From: Octopus sinensis
Taxonomy: Eukaryota
Assembly (NCBI RefSeq): GCF_006345805.1
Contig: NC_043006.1
Span: forward strand, 97,154,001-97,218,000
Direction: 5' to 3'
Length of the DNA stretch: 64,000 bases
The translations under genes were made by a program, and so were the position numbers. Below, piece by piece: positions 39,762 to 52,606 of the stretch (position 1 is the first letter of the stretch; every line of letters starts with the position of its first letter). The notes under the pieces are model-generated. The model was not told the DNA's origin, did no database searches, and was given only the letters and a program-made list of their open reading frames with translations.

Positions 39762-40223
39762 ACTTCTTTATTGCCCACAAGGGGCTAAACATAGAGGGGA
39801 CAAACAAGGACAGACATAGGTATTAAGTCGATTACATCGACTCCAGTGCGTAACTGGTACGGCGGCGAGCTGGCAGAAACGTTAGCACACCGGGCGAAAT
39901 GCTTAGCGGTATTTCGTCTGCGTTACGTTGTGAGTTCAAATTCTGCCGAGGTCGACTTTGCCTTTCATCCTTTCGGGGTCGATAAATTAAGTACCAGTTA
40001 CGAACTGGGGTCAATGTAATCGACTTAATACCTATGTCTGTCATTGTTTGTTCCATCTGTGTTTAGCCCCTTGTGGGTAATAAAGAAATAGGTACTTAAT
40101 TTATCGACCCCGAGAGGATGAAAGGCAAAGTCGACCTCGGTGGAATTTGAACTCCCAACGTAATGACAGACAAAATACGTCTACGCATTTCGCCTGGCGT
40201 GCTAACGGTTCTGCCAGCTCGCC
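39762..40223 (-). mobile_element. SINE family B with a second family-B copy (39861-40090, +) nested in opposite orientation
   Basis: 5-bp TSD GGTAC at 39856-39860 and 40091-40095. Confidence 0.9.
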
Positions 40224-40423
40224 ATGATCACAAAGTATAAGGCCAACCAACAAGCCATCGTCCTAGCTGGAACCTCAGAGAAGAGAACACTGTATGCAGC
40301 ATCCAACTTGAAAAATCAAGCAGCACAAACAAACAGCATGAGCAGATGCTCCTGAATCATATAGGTAACAGGAAACATACCAGTTTCTGAGTATAACTGT
40401 TGGTTAGATACAAAATTTGACCA

Positions 40424-40822
40424 TGCAGGAGTGGCTGTGTGGTAAGTAGCTTGCTTACCAACCACATGGTTCCGGGTTCAGTCCCACTGCGTGGCATCTT
40501 GGGCAAGTGTCTTCTACTATAGCCTCGGGCCGACCAAAGCCTTGTGAGTGGATTTGGTAGACGGAAACTGAAAGAAGCCCATCGTATATATGTATATATA
40601 TGTGTGTGTGTGTGTATGTTTGTGTGTCTGTGTTTGTCCCCCTAGCATTGCTTGACAACCGATGCTGATGTGTTTACGTCCCCGTCACTTAGCGATTTGG
40701 CAAAAGAGACCGATAGAATAAGTACTGGGCTTACAAAGAATAAGTCCTGGGCTCGATTTGCTCAACTAAAGGCGGTGCTCCAGCATAGCCGCAGTCAAAT
40801 GACTGAAACAAGTAAAAGAGTA
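40424..40822 (+). mobile_element. SINE family A
   Basis: Family match. Confidence 0.9.
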
Positions 40823-41887
40823 ATGGTTGCAAAGCATCCTAAAACTGAAGGAGTCAAAAGGAGGTAAAAGCAATCTCTGGCCTACAGATAATTATCCAAG
40901 GAAAAGTATGGCAAAAGCAGTCCTCGGTTTACAGATAATTCCCCCTTAACCACCCAGTTTTAACAGTGGTGTGAAGAAGTTTTTAGAGCAGAGACTTGGT
41001 CAAATGCACCATTGATGGACTGGGTCTTATACTCCAAAACAAGAAAAGACTGTGCAAGAAACTGAATTTCTTATTTCTTTATTGTCCACAAGGGGCTAAA
41101 CATAGAGGGGACAAACAAGGACAAAGGGATTAAGTCGATTACATCGATCCCCAATGCGTAACTGGTATCTAATTTATCGACCGCGAAAGAATGAAAGGCA
41201 AAGTCAACCTTGGTGGAATTTGAACTGAGAATGTAACGGCAGACGAAATACCGCCAAGCACTTCACCCGGTGTGCTAACGTTTCTGCCAGCTCGCCGCCT
41301 GACAATTTCTGCTCTCATGGCTTTGATTAACTCAAAGATATGAGAAGACTGGCATATACTGCCAATAGGAGATTAAACTGGAAACCCTGTCCTATTTGAA
41401 TGTAAAACAGGTAGGAGGACATTTTGGCCGGATATGGCAAATTTAAATGCTAAGGGGTTAAAGTAAGAAACAGCACCCCTCTTTTTTTTTAAATGAAGCC
41501 AACAACGAATATCTTGGGGAGATTAACCCTTTAGTGTTCAGATTCTTTTCTTCTCTAGACACAAGGCCTGAAATGTTGGGTAGATTGACTCCAGTACGCA
41601 ACTGGTACTTAATTTATTGACCCCGAAAGAATGAAAGGCAAAGTCGACCTCGGCGGAATTTGAACTCAGAATGTAAAGACAGACAAAATATTGCTAAGCA
41701 TTTCGCCCGGCGTGCTGACATTTCTGCCAGTTTGCCGCCTTCAGTGTTCAAATTACTCTGTTGAATGCAATAATTTTTCACTCAATTTGTTTTTAATTAA
41801 TCATGCATTATATTACAGGTGTGAGGTTTTGTTTATTTGAATGATTATTTATTTGAATATAAGACATGTAGAATATTTAGGCCGGAT

Positions 41888-42196
41888 ATCTTTTATCTTT
41901 TTTTATCTTTTACTTGTTTCAGTCATTTGACTGCGGCCATGCTGGAGCACCGCCTTTAGTCGAGCAAATCGACCTTGGGACTTATTCTTTGTAAGCCCAG
42001 TACTTATTCTATCGGTCTCTTTTTGCCGAACCGCTAAGTGACGGGGATGTAAACACACCAGCATCGGTTGTCAAGCAATGCTAGGGGGACAAACACAGAC
42101 ACACAAACATACATACACATACATATACATATATATATACGACAGGCTTCTTTCAGTTTCCGTCTACCAAATTCACTCACAAGGCATTGGTCGGCC
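41888..42196 (-). mobile_element. SINE family A, truncated, inside a MITE
   Basis: Family match; MITE sequence resumes at GGCCAGTTTAAACACC. Confidence 0.85.
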
Positions 42197-43170
42197 AGTT
42201 TAAACACCAGAGGGTTAAGCAGAAGCTGGCCACCAGTAGTTCACAGAGAGAGAACAAGCTGTAAACAGCCAGCAGTAATTTCCCAAGTCACAAAACTGGA
42301 GCCAGCCAGCCATCAAGCAGTAGTTTGTACCAGTGGGGAAACGGACCTTGAGCCAGTAGCAGAGTACTCAGACACACACAAATGCAACAAGCAGTCATTT
42401 GCTCAGATACACAACAATGTAAAAGTCAGCAGTAAAATCTGAACTCAAACCCATAAAGTGAACAGTAAAATTACCTTAACCTGATAAGCGCTGTGATTTA
42501 TAACACACACACCTTACATTCTCCACTCTCCTTCCACCACCACCAGGCTATGCTTCCTTATGGACAGTGTTCCCAGTTTTATCTATTTCGCTGACTACGG
42601 AATAAAGTTTTCCAAAAGCTACTGAACAGCTATATGGCATTTACTACACACATGCCAGCAGCAGCCAGATTAGGTGAAGACACCAATTCAATTAACTGCT
42701 TTTATTTATGGACCCCAAGAGTTACCAATAAATAAAATCAACTGGAATCAGCCAAGAAGAATTAATCACTCTCCAAGCTGTCCATTTACTAGTGGTCAAT
42801 GTCCATTTTGTCACAAGCACTCTGCCAGTCTACTACTACTACTATTTATTATGAGCACTGCTGTGTGATTAAGAAGTTCACTTTGCAACCACATGGTCCT
42901 GGGTTCAATCCCACTGCACAATACTTAGAGAAAGTGTTTGTTGTTTGCAAGTAAAATTTGATAGACACAAAATGAGCAGAAAGCTATCATATGGTATGAG
43001 AGAGTGAGAGAGCGCACAAGAGAGAGTGTGAGCATTCAACAGAGGGGGGAGATGGAGAGGGGAGGGGAGAAGGGATGGTTATGGGAAGATAGAGGGGAGG
43101 AGAGACAGAGGGGGAGATAGGAGAAGAGGAGATGAGGGGAATGATGAGACAGAGAGGGAGAGGTGGTAGT

Positions 43171-43551
43171 ACTCTCTTTTTTACTCTTTTACTTGTTTCA
43201 GTCATTTGACTGCGGCCATGCTGGAGCACCGCCTTTTAGTCGAGCAAATCGACCCCGAGACTTATTCTTTGTAAGCCCAGTACTTATTCTATCGGTCTCT
43301 TTTGCCGAACCGCTAAGTGATGGGGACAAACACACCAGCATCGATTGTCAGGCAATGCTAGGGGGACAAACACAGACACACACACATATATACGACAGGT
43401 TTCTTTCAGTTTCCGTCTACCAAATCTACTCACAAGGCATTGGTTGGCCCGGGGCTATAGCAGAAGTCACTTGCCCAAGATGCCACGCAGTGGAAGTGAA
43501 CCCGGAACCATGTGGTTGGTTAGCAAGCTACTTACCACACAGCCACTCCTG
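43171..43551 (-). mobile_element. SINE family A
   Basis: Family match. Confidence 0.9.
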
Positions 43552-43719
43552 CTAGTGAGTGGAATTTTTTTTTTTTAACCAAGTTTTCTTTCCTCCATTA
43601 CTTAGCCCGTCTGCAACGCTTTCACGTGATTAGTCGAAGGGAAAGGTAAAAAGAGGGGGGAAATAGGAGTGGAAAGTGAAAGAGTGCTGTGTATTAAATT
43701 TATAAAATTGTGCATAAAG

Positions 43720-43750
<31 letters not shown>

Positions 43751-43934
43751 GGTATTATAAGCTCAGCAAAATTTAGATTCACATGAATATGGTACTTAAG
43801 TTAAAGGCACCAGAATTTTGTATGGTATTATCCATATAAATCAAATGAGGTGATTGTAATCAAAATAAGCAACAAATATACACTATCTTGGATATCCTTG
43901 TTGCTTACTTTCATCATATATATATATATATATA

Positions 43935-44307
43935 CTAGCAGTATCGCCCAGCGTTGCTCGGGTTTGTAAGGGAAATAACTATATAAGCATTTTTAGAGAG
44001 TTATAGCCAAAAAATAGCAAAAAAATGCATTAAAAATGGAAAAAAAATTATGGTAAATTTTTTTTTAAATCGTTGACTCATCGTAGACATTTTTAGAGAG
44101 TTACTTCCCTTATATAATAGCGAATAAAATGGTAAATTTTTTTTTAAATCGTAGACTCATCGTAGACGCGCGCTAATACCCAAAAGGGCTCGACATGAAT
44201 CACGACTATAAGATACCCGCTTTTTGTTACACTGCACCGCAAAATGTGGGAGTAGTTAGGAATCTAAATCGTAGGAGACAGACACACAACCTTACTTTTA
44301 TATATAA

Positions 44308-44310
<3 letters not shown>
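43935..44310 (-). mobile_element. Non-autonomous Helitron (same family) in a (TA)n tract
   Basis: TC...hairpin...CTAG on the minus strand; internal partial duplication. Confidence 0.85.
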
Positions 44311-44348
<38 letters not shown>

Positions 44349-44997
44349 GCATAATGTAGTCATCATATTCCAGTTTCCTTCACTTTCAATGATTAGCAGA
44401 CAAGTGACTATCTTTTGATACAGACACAACACACGCTACACTTTCAGGTCTTTTGAATAAAGTTTGCAGAAACAACCCAATAAGTTTACCATTAATTCCA
44501 TGAAATATTCATGGGTCCCGCTGGTATAATTTATTAAAGGAAACTTGCCGATTTACAGCAGGAGCACTAAACTGGATTAAAATACCTTACAATATTTTAA
44601 CTATCTCACCACAATCTGAGTTCAATTCTTGTAGATGTTGTTGACCTTACTACAGAAATGACAGACACTGAACTGGATTCTTGGTAGTATTCAATTACAT
44701 TTCAACCTAGTTTGCAGGTCAATTTCAGCCATAGCAGACCCCTCATGACATGTGGATGAAATGAGAAATAATATCTCAGAAAGAGTGTTTGAATCACTTC
44801 AACAAATGTGGCTTTGAGTCAAAGACAAATCAGAAATATGGTACATCATCACTTTCCATGATGGCATGGGTTTGAGAGTTTGACTGAAAACTGGTAAGCC
44901 AATCTGATTTGGCAAGGTTTCTACAGCTGGATGCCCTTCCTAACATCAACCACTCAGTGTAGTGGGTGCTTTTTACGTGCCACCAGCACAGATGCTA

Positions 44998-45176
44998 TTA
45001 TGGCATTGATGATTAGTGCACACACTTGGCGCTGTCCATAAATAAAGAGTTAATTGAATTCCTCTCTTAGTTCAGAGTCATATAAATAAATTCTGTCAAA
45101 AGCTTTACAAGTTTCTCTAAAGCAAGCAGGCAAACCTTATAGAATCGTGTATATACGATCTTTATTATATACAAAA
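44998..45176 (+). repeat. 179-bp inverted repeat, left arm
   Basis: Reverse complement of 49218-49396; two mismatches by eye (45125, 45152). Confidence 0.95.
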
Positions 45177-45314
45177 GAGGCACAAAATGAAAAGATTTCA
45201 TTAAATTGCTTTGACAGACAAGGTAAAAAATGGTTGTTTGGGAGAGAGGGCTAAATCAGCTGACAAAGCAGGAATGTTTCAGGTAATCTGAAAGAGTAAA
45301 TAAGAAATACTTAC

Positions 45315-45382
45315 CTTCTCAGTGAGGTAGGTTTCTACTGCTTTCATACATTCTATGATGTAGTCATTCATGGCGTTGAACA
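45315..45382 (-). CDS. MIS12: MIS12 homolog, coding exon 2 ((V)FNAMNDYIIECMKAVETYLTEK)
   Basis: Acceptor ctctgacag, donor GTAAGT; 68 nt, phase 1 to 0. Resembles vertebrate Mis12 IYIAFQDYLFEVMQAVE. Confidence 0.9.
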
Positions 45383-46758
45383 CTGTCAGAGAAGCAGAAA
45401 AAGGAAATGAACAGAGGCAGGGCTTTGTAGTTAAGAAAGGTACTTTGTAATTGTGGTTTATGGACATTAACCTCTCCGTGAGGAACCATGGGCAAATGCT
45501 TTCTACCAAAGTTTCAGATTAACAATAATGAAGTCTGCTTTGCAACTATATGGTTCTGAAATTCAAACCCTCAGACAGAACTGTGGGCAGATAGTTACAA
45601 CCACAGCTGCAGGTTGATGGAAACTATGTGAAACCCATCTAAGTAATCTTGCTCCTAAGTGGCAGCCTCTATTTGCTACTCAGTTTAGATTGTGCCACAA
45701 TAAAAAAGAAAATTGAATCACGCAGTAAAGTGGTAGGTGTTAGGAAGGAAATACAGCCATAGAAATCATATCAAAGTAGACCCGGGGTCATGCTGCAGTT
45801 CTCCGATTCGCCAGACCCTGTTAAATCAGCCCACCAGTACTAGCATATAAGCAAATAATACTATCAGTTATAGGTTTCCAGTCAAGCAATTGCTAATTCA
45901 TTGCATTTACAACAGAGAATGACAAAGGAGTAGCTTATAATTCAGGGCAGAACAATTACCACAAAGGCTATTGAACAGTAGTTTTGGGTGTTTCACCAAT
46001 ATTTACATCTGCTGCTGATGTATCTTATCTTTTACAGGTTTCAGTCATTAGACTGCGGCCATGGTGGGACACAGCCTCGAAGAATCTTTAGTCTAATGGA
46101 TCAACCCCAGTACTTAATTATTCTTTTAAGCCTAGTATTTATGGTATAAGTTTCTTTAGCTGGACTGCTAAGTTAGGGGGATGTAAACACACCAACAGTG
46201 GTTGCCAAGCAGTGGAGGTGGGGGGGGGGGGCAAACAGAGACTCAAATACACACACAAATCCACTCACAAGGATTTGGTCGGCCCAATTATATAGACAAC
46301 ACTTACCCAAGGTGCCATACAGTGGGAATGAACCTGCAAACTTCTTACCACACAGCTAGAATTTTATCTTTCAGTATGGCAGGTTGAAGTGACATTTCCA
46401 CATTACCTGTTTGTGAATCTAGCTGGCACTAGGAAGGGTATTAAGCCATAGAACCATGCACAAAATGTGGTCTTCCGAAAAATCTTTGAAGGAAGTAACC
46501 AAGTAAGGATTGATATGGACTGTAACAAGTCATGGCTTTCCATGCGGACAAAAAATAAAAGCATCAACAAAATCTATCACCATGGTTACTGTCTCATCCG
46601 GAGTCTGTGCTCGAAGAAACTTACAAGATCCCATGGTGCAACACTGGGAATGAAGTGAGAGCAATGGGATTACCTAACAAATTTCCTACAGACAAACCAA
46701 ATATGCACCAAATGAGAGGTAAAAAGTAGGGAAAAAGAAGAGCAAAATGGTATCTTAA

Positions 46759-46980
46759 CCCTTTAGTGTTCAGATTACTCTGTTAAATCTAAGACTTTTT
46801 TCACTCAAATCGTTTTGAATTAATCATACATTATCTTATAGCTGTGAAGTTTCAATGGTATGATAGTTTATTCTTAGAATGTCAATGTAGGTTAGGTGTG
46901 AGAGGCTAAATATGGCCAGTTTGAATGTAAAAACATGTAGGATATTTGGGCCGGATATGGCCGGCTTAAACACCAAAGGG
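46759..46980. mobile_element. piggyBac-like MITE family 2. Also ~15673-15875, 20172-20616, 22780-23836, 27613-27799, 28448-28629, 41524-42217, from 60057
   Basis: TTAA|CCCTTTAG...CAAAGGG|TTAA; ~220-bp body repeated across the window and often interrupted by SINEs or LINEs. Confidence 0.82.
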
Positions 46981-47118
46981 TTAAAGCTTCAGCTTCTAAC
47001 AAAGAACACAAGAAGGAAAGCAAGAATAAAGTTAGTAGGAATATGCAATGAACAGCAAAAACGAACGATGAAAAATAAACACACTATTATATAGCCTCGT
47101 CAATTATTGTAAACTCAC

Positions 47119-47206
47119 CTCCATTACAGAATGACTTTGGTGTGAATCCAAAAAACTGGGCAGCATACTCTTCCATTTTCATGTTTTCAAGATCAGCTTC
47201 AGCCAT
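47119..47206 (-). CDS. MIS12: MIS12 homolog, coding exon 1 (MAEADLENMKMEEYAAQFFGFTPKSFCNG)
   Basis: ATG at 47206-47204. EYAAQFFGFTP resembles the Mis12 N-terminal YEAQFFGFTP motif. Acceptor ttttcttctag at 47231-47232 (24 nt of 5'UTR in this exon); donor GTGAGT, phase 1. Confidence 0.92.
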
Positions 47207-48443
47207 CTTGGTACGTTATTGAATTGAGGACTAGAAGAAAAAGAAAAAAACAGGGATGAATTTCATTGTCTGTCTGTGTGTCTCTGTGCATCTCTTATAC
47301 ATTCCTCCCACTCTCTCTCTCTCCCCCCTCCTTTTGTCACCAGTCCTACAAGACATTTTCCTTTGCATTACCACATATTTGTCTGTCTTGCGGCCAAACA
47401 CCGTTTTCCAATGTATGTATGTTTTTGTTTCCGTCATTGTCCTGTGTGTGTGTGAATATATATATATATATATCAGTTTACTACTCCATTAAGTTAGAAT
47501 CAACAAACAAAACACTCCACCTAACGAGATAAGTATCATTATTAAACAGGAGCTACTATTAATTTCTTGCCACTGAAACATGTGGTTAAGCTGATTTTTA
47601 TGATGTCTTGTTTCTCCAAACAATCTCCAGGCTTGGAGTACATGCTTCATCCTCTTTGAAAAACAGGATGCTGGTACATGAAAAATCATGATCAAAAATA
47701 CGAGGAAGTTGATGCAAAAAACTGGAATGGATGAATAAAAATGGAAAAATAAAGGAAAAAAGAGTTACATCTCCTTTGACCATAGCCAAAGTCTGCAAGA
47801 CAGCTGTTCAGTCCAAAGAGGGTGGCATCCTCCAGTTCATAAGGAATTTGTCCATATGCTTGTATTTGAAAATTTCAGATCTGGAAGTAGCGTGGTGGAA
47901 TTCTTGGATCTAAAAGGAATGTGTAATCTTTCAGCTGTGCATAAGTTGCATACAGCACTGATTTCACATGACTGTATATGGTGTGTAGTTGGTCTTCAAA
48001 CCCCATACATGGCGAGTTAACTTAGTGGCCTTACTTTTGTCAACTTGCCAAAGAGACTGGAGGTTTTATTCCACTTTTTGCCTCAACGTTCTTGTGGTTT
48101 CTCCTGTAACAGCATCTTGTTTCTCAAATAGAACCAAGTGCCCAGAGCCTCAAAATGCTTGGAGACAAGGTACATTATAGAAATTTGCCTAACCACATGT
48201 TCCAATGATAAAAACTAATTGCTCTTATATAGTATACATTACATTTTTTGGTATATATATATATATATATATATATATGCATGCGCAAAAGTAGGCAACT
48301 CAAGCAAAGTTTAGTTTGGATAACACTTTGCAACCCATCACTACTGCCATAGATAATATTTCTATTACAATTTTAATAAAGGTAAGATAGAAATCCAGCC
48401 ACCCCATCAATTCCCTTCTGGCAGAAACAAAATACTTAAGACA

Positions 48444-48734
48444 TCTTTATATATAAAAGTGAAATTGTGTGCGTGTCTGTCTCCTACGATTTAGATTCCT
48501 AACTACTCCCACATTTTGTGGTGCAGTTTAACCAAAAGCGGGTATCTTATAGTCGTAATTCATATCAAGCCTTCTGGGTATTAGCGCACGTCTACGATTT
48601 AAAAAAGAATTTACCATCATTTTTTCCCATTTTTAATGCATTTTTTGGCTATTATATAAGGGAAGTAACTCTCAAAAAATGCTTATATAGTTATTTCCCA
48701 TACAAACCCGAGCAACGCCGGGCAATACTGCTAG
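48444..48734 (+). mobile_element. Non-autonomous Helitron
   Basis: A|TC 5' end, subterminal hairpin CCCGAGCAACGCCGGG, CTAG|T 3' end, no TSD. Confidence 0.85.
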
Positions 48735-49110
48735 TAATACATAAGTCTGTTCCAGTTCTTTACATTTGGAGCTCAGATCCCTGCAAGGTGAACTTTAATT
48801 TTTTTGTCCTCCTTAGGCTCAGAGCATAAAGCACCAGTTGAGGTTGGTGAGTTGGCAGAATGGTTAGAACATCGAGCACAATGATTGGCAGTATTTGGTA
48901 TTTATTTTGGCTCCTTCCATTCTGTACATTCAGGGCAAGAATGACAGATTTATCTGTATGTATGATATTGTCGTGACCCTGTAAAGTCTCCTGTTGTTCC
49001 CATGATCATGGACGCTCAAGGGGGTCATCAACCCGATGGCATATATTCATTCCTTATACTACTAATCTTTAATTTATATGCAACAATAAATGAACATTAC
49101 ATCTGATTAC

Positions 49111-49215
49111 CTAGCTTGTTCCATTTCTTTCTTTTCTAATAACTATAAGGAACAAATTTTTAGCATTTCTAAGTCGTATACAATTCCACCCACCACCACA
49201 ACTACGACGACTTAG
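49111..49215 (-). other. Candidate non-coding first exon of MIS12
   Basis: Coding exon 1 has an acceptor, so an upstream exon is needed. Unique CpG-containing sequence ending in a donor AG|GTAATC at 49110-49105. The 5' end is a guess. Confidence 0.3.
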
Positions 49216-49217
49216 AA

Positions 49218-49396
49218 TTTTGTATATAATAAAGATCGTATCTACACGATTCTATAAGGTTTGCCTGCCTGCTTTAGAGAAACTTGTAAAGCTTTTGACA
49301 GAATTTATTTATATGACTCTGAACTAAGAGAGGAATTCAATTAACTCTTTATTTATGGACAGCGCCAAGTGTGTGCACTAATCATCAATGCCATAA
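49218..49396 (-). repeat. 179-bp inverted repeat, right arm
   Basis: Reverse complement of 44998-45176. Confidence 0.95.
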
Positions 49397-49520
49397 ATAA
49401 AATGTACTGGAATCTGCTATGAAGAATCAATCACTTCTGCGTGGGCAGTTGAGTTGGTGCAGAAGAGTGCACAAGAATTTGTTCTTGCCTGTAGTCAATT
49501 TTAAATTCTTTGGTTCTGTT

Positions 49521-49556
49521 TCAGTACCTGTTCAGGTTAACTTCATTCATTTGTTC
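49521..49556 (-). CDS. Candidate terminal exon (EQMNEVNLNRY*) of an unidentified upstream gene
   Basis: Long (CT)n polypyrimidine tract plus TAAG acceptor; TGA stop; two AATAAA downstream on the minus strand (49353-49348, 49309-49304). Confidence 0.28.
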   Translation of the reverse strand, partial: EQMNEVNLNRY

Positions 49557-49710
49557 CTTATGAGAGAGAGAGAGAGAGGAAGGAAGTGTAAACTGCATTA
49601 ATTTATTTCTGTGGTGCCGGACATGAACATTACGAGCGCATATTTAACTTTAATGAGACGAGCTTGCAGGATCGTTACGGTGCTGAGCAAACTGCTTAGT
49701 AGCATTTTAG

Positions 49711-50090
49711 TCTTTTACTCTATTGTTTCAGTCATTTTGACTGCGGCCATGCTGGAGCACCGCCTTTAGTCGAGCAATTCGACCACAGGACTTATTCTTT
49801 GTAAGCCTAGTACTTATTCTATCAGTTTCTTTTGCCAAACCGCTAAGCCATGGGGACGTAAACACACCAGCACCAGTTGTCAAGCGATGTTGCAGGGACA
49901 GACACAGACACACAAACATACATATATATGACGGGCTTCTTTCAGTTTCCATCTACCAAATCCACTCACAAGGCTTTGGTCTGCCCGAGGCTATAGTAGA
50001 AGACACTTGCTCAAGGTGCCATGCAGTGGGACTGAACCCGGAACCATGCGGTTGGGAAGCAAGCTACTTACCACACAGCCACTCCTACGC
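49711..50090 (-). mobile_element. SINE family A
   Basis: Family match. Confidence 0.88.
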
Positions 50091-51780
50091 ATTTCTTTCA
50101 AACTTTACACTCTAAGTTCAAATGCTGCTGTAGTCAACTTTGTGTTTCATCATTTCGGGATCAATAAAAATCAGTAAATGTTATCAACTTGCCTCCCCCC
50201 CCAACCACTCCAAAATTGCTGGCCTTCTGCTGAAGGTCGAAACCAATATTAACAGTGGCATCAAAGTGGCAAACGGAATCATTTGCCTGGCAAAATGCTC
50301 AGGGGAATCTCGTCAATTTTTACATTCGGAGTTCAACTTCAACTGAAGATGACTTTGCCTTTCATCTTTTCGGTGTCAATAAAATAAAAACCAGTAAAGC
50401 ACCGGGGTCGACGTAATCAACTAGTTACCTACAGACCCCCCCCCCCGCAAAATTTCAGGTCTTGTACCTATAGTAGAAAGAAATATTAACAGTGGCATCA
50501 GCAAAAATGTCTTTCAGGCTCATTTCTGGTACATAAGCAGTCACCAGTTCAGGCCGGACTTTCCTTTTAACTCTCCTAAAGCTACTACTTGTACTACAAT
50601 ATCAAGTCTGTTTTACAGTTCCCTGTTTCATTCCAACCATCTTGTTGTAGAACATGATAGAGCACCATCTTTATATTCAAATCAAAATATTTCCATAACC
50701 AAGTTATTATTGTTCTAAATTACCTGTATGATAATTAAGTTAATTTAATAAATGCCTTAATTCTTCGTTTTCCAAATCAACTGAAATACACAGGTAGAAT
50801 TCTCAATTAGGATTATAGTAACAAAGGGATTCGTTAAAGTGGGTTCTAATGGAATATGTTTTTATTTTTAAATACCATAATCTGAAGAATCTACTTTTGG
50901 TGCTTTCACGTACCTGTTTGCATTTTCTCTTCAGGCAGGTGAAATTGAAATCAAATTCAATGACAGCACTGCATAACTGGCATCCGTGGCTAGTGGAGCG
51001 CTAAGAGCACCATCTGAGCATGATCGTTGCCAGGGCTGCTGACTGACCCCTGTGCCGGTAGCACATAAAAAGCACCATTCGACCGTGATTGTTACCAGTA
51101 TCACCTTACTGGCACGTGAAAAACATTAGAGCGAGGGTGTTACCAGTGCCGCTGGACTGGCTCCTGTGCAGGTGACACGGAAAAACACCCTTTGAGCGTA
51201 GCCAGTGCCAATACCACATGACTGGCCCTCGTGCCTGTGGCACATAAAAGCATCCACTACACTCTCAGAGTAGTTGGCGTTAGGAAGGGCATCCAGCTGA
51301 AGAAGCTCTGCCAGATGAAATTGGAGCCTGGTGCAGCCATCCAGCTCACCAGTCCCCAGTCAAATCGTCCAACCCATGCCAGCATGGAAAGTGGATATTA
51401 AACGATGATGATCATCTTCATTATACTTAATGTGCATGCACCATTGAACAATACGATGCTGTGGGTTTATGTTTTAATGGATATGTTGCTATATTATCAA
51501 CCCTGAGAAGGATGAAAAGCAAAGTCAACTTCAATGGGATTAGAACTCAGAACATAAAGAACCAGAACAAATTCCACTAAGCATTCTGTCTGGTGCAGAA
51601 ACAATTCTGCCAATTTACAGCTCAGTGGAGAGAAGACAGGGGTTTTAAGGAAAAGCAATGATTTCAATTAAGGTTAGAAATTTAAAAAAAGTAAAAACAA
51701 AGAGAGAGAGATGTGATTATAAATTAAGGGTGATAATGGTATTCATATATGTACTTATCCATACAACATACATACACACA

Positions 51781-52606
51781 TCATTTAACATTTGTTGTCC
51801 ATGCTGGCATCGGTTGAGCAGTTTCATCAGAGCTGGGAAGCTGCACCAGATTCTGGTCTGATTTCGCATGGTTTCTACTGCTGGATGCCCTTCCTAACGC
51901 CAACCATGCTGTGAGTGAAGTGGGTGCTTTTTACGTGCCACCGGTACGGAAGCTAGTCAAGGCGGCACTGTCATCAGCCATGTTTGGATGGTGCATTTTA
52001 CGTACCACCGACACAGGTATCACAACTACAATTTCCATTTGATTTTTTGATGTTGATGTACTTGACTCAATAGGTCTCCTCAAGCACAGCAGGTCGCCCT
52101 ACAATCCAAGGTAAGCTCAGCAGGCCGTCCTGCAATCCAAGGTACTTTGGATGGGCTGGGGCTGCTATGTGAAGCTGGTGCAGGAAACAGCCATGAACTC
52201 ACGTTATTTGTCGAGTGTTCACAGTCATAGCATATCTCCAGAGGTCTTGGTCTTTCGTCATTGTCTCAATGAGGCCCAATGTTTGAAGGTCATGCTTGAC
52301 CACCTCATACCATGTCTTCCTGGGTCTACCTCTACCCCAGATTCCTTCAACTGTTTGGGAGTGGCACTTCTTCACACATCTCTCCTCATCCATCCGTAGT
52401 ACATGACCATACCAGCGCAGACGTTTCTCTTGCATGCCACATCCAATGCTTCTTATGTCCAGCATTTTTCTCAGGGCACTTACACTGACATGTGTGCACA
52501 CTGACATTACACATCCAGCAGATCATGCTACCTTCATTTCTTTCAAGCCTATGTACGCATGCGTCGTACAATCTACCTTTCACTCTAAGCAAGGGACCCT
52601 TTGTCA
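51781..52606 (-). mobile_element. 5'-truncated, degenerate RTE LINE (ORF C-terminus plus 3'UTR)
   Basis: [30 protein letters not shown]; same family as 9452-11178. Confidence 0.88.

Noticed and set aside
43020-43165. Pro/Ser-rich ORF on the minus strand
   Set aside because: GA-rich low-complexity tract.
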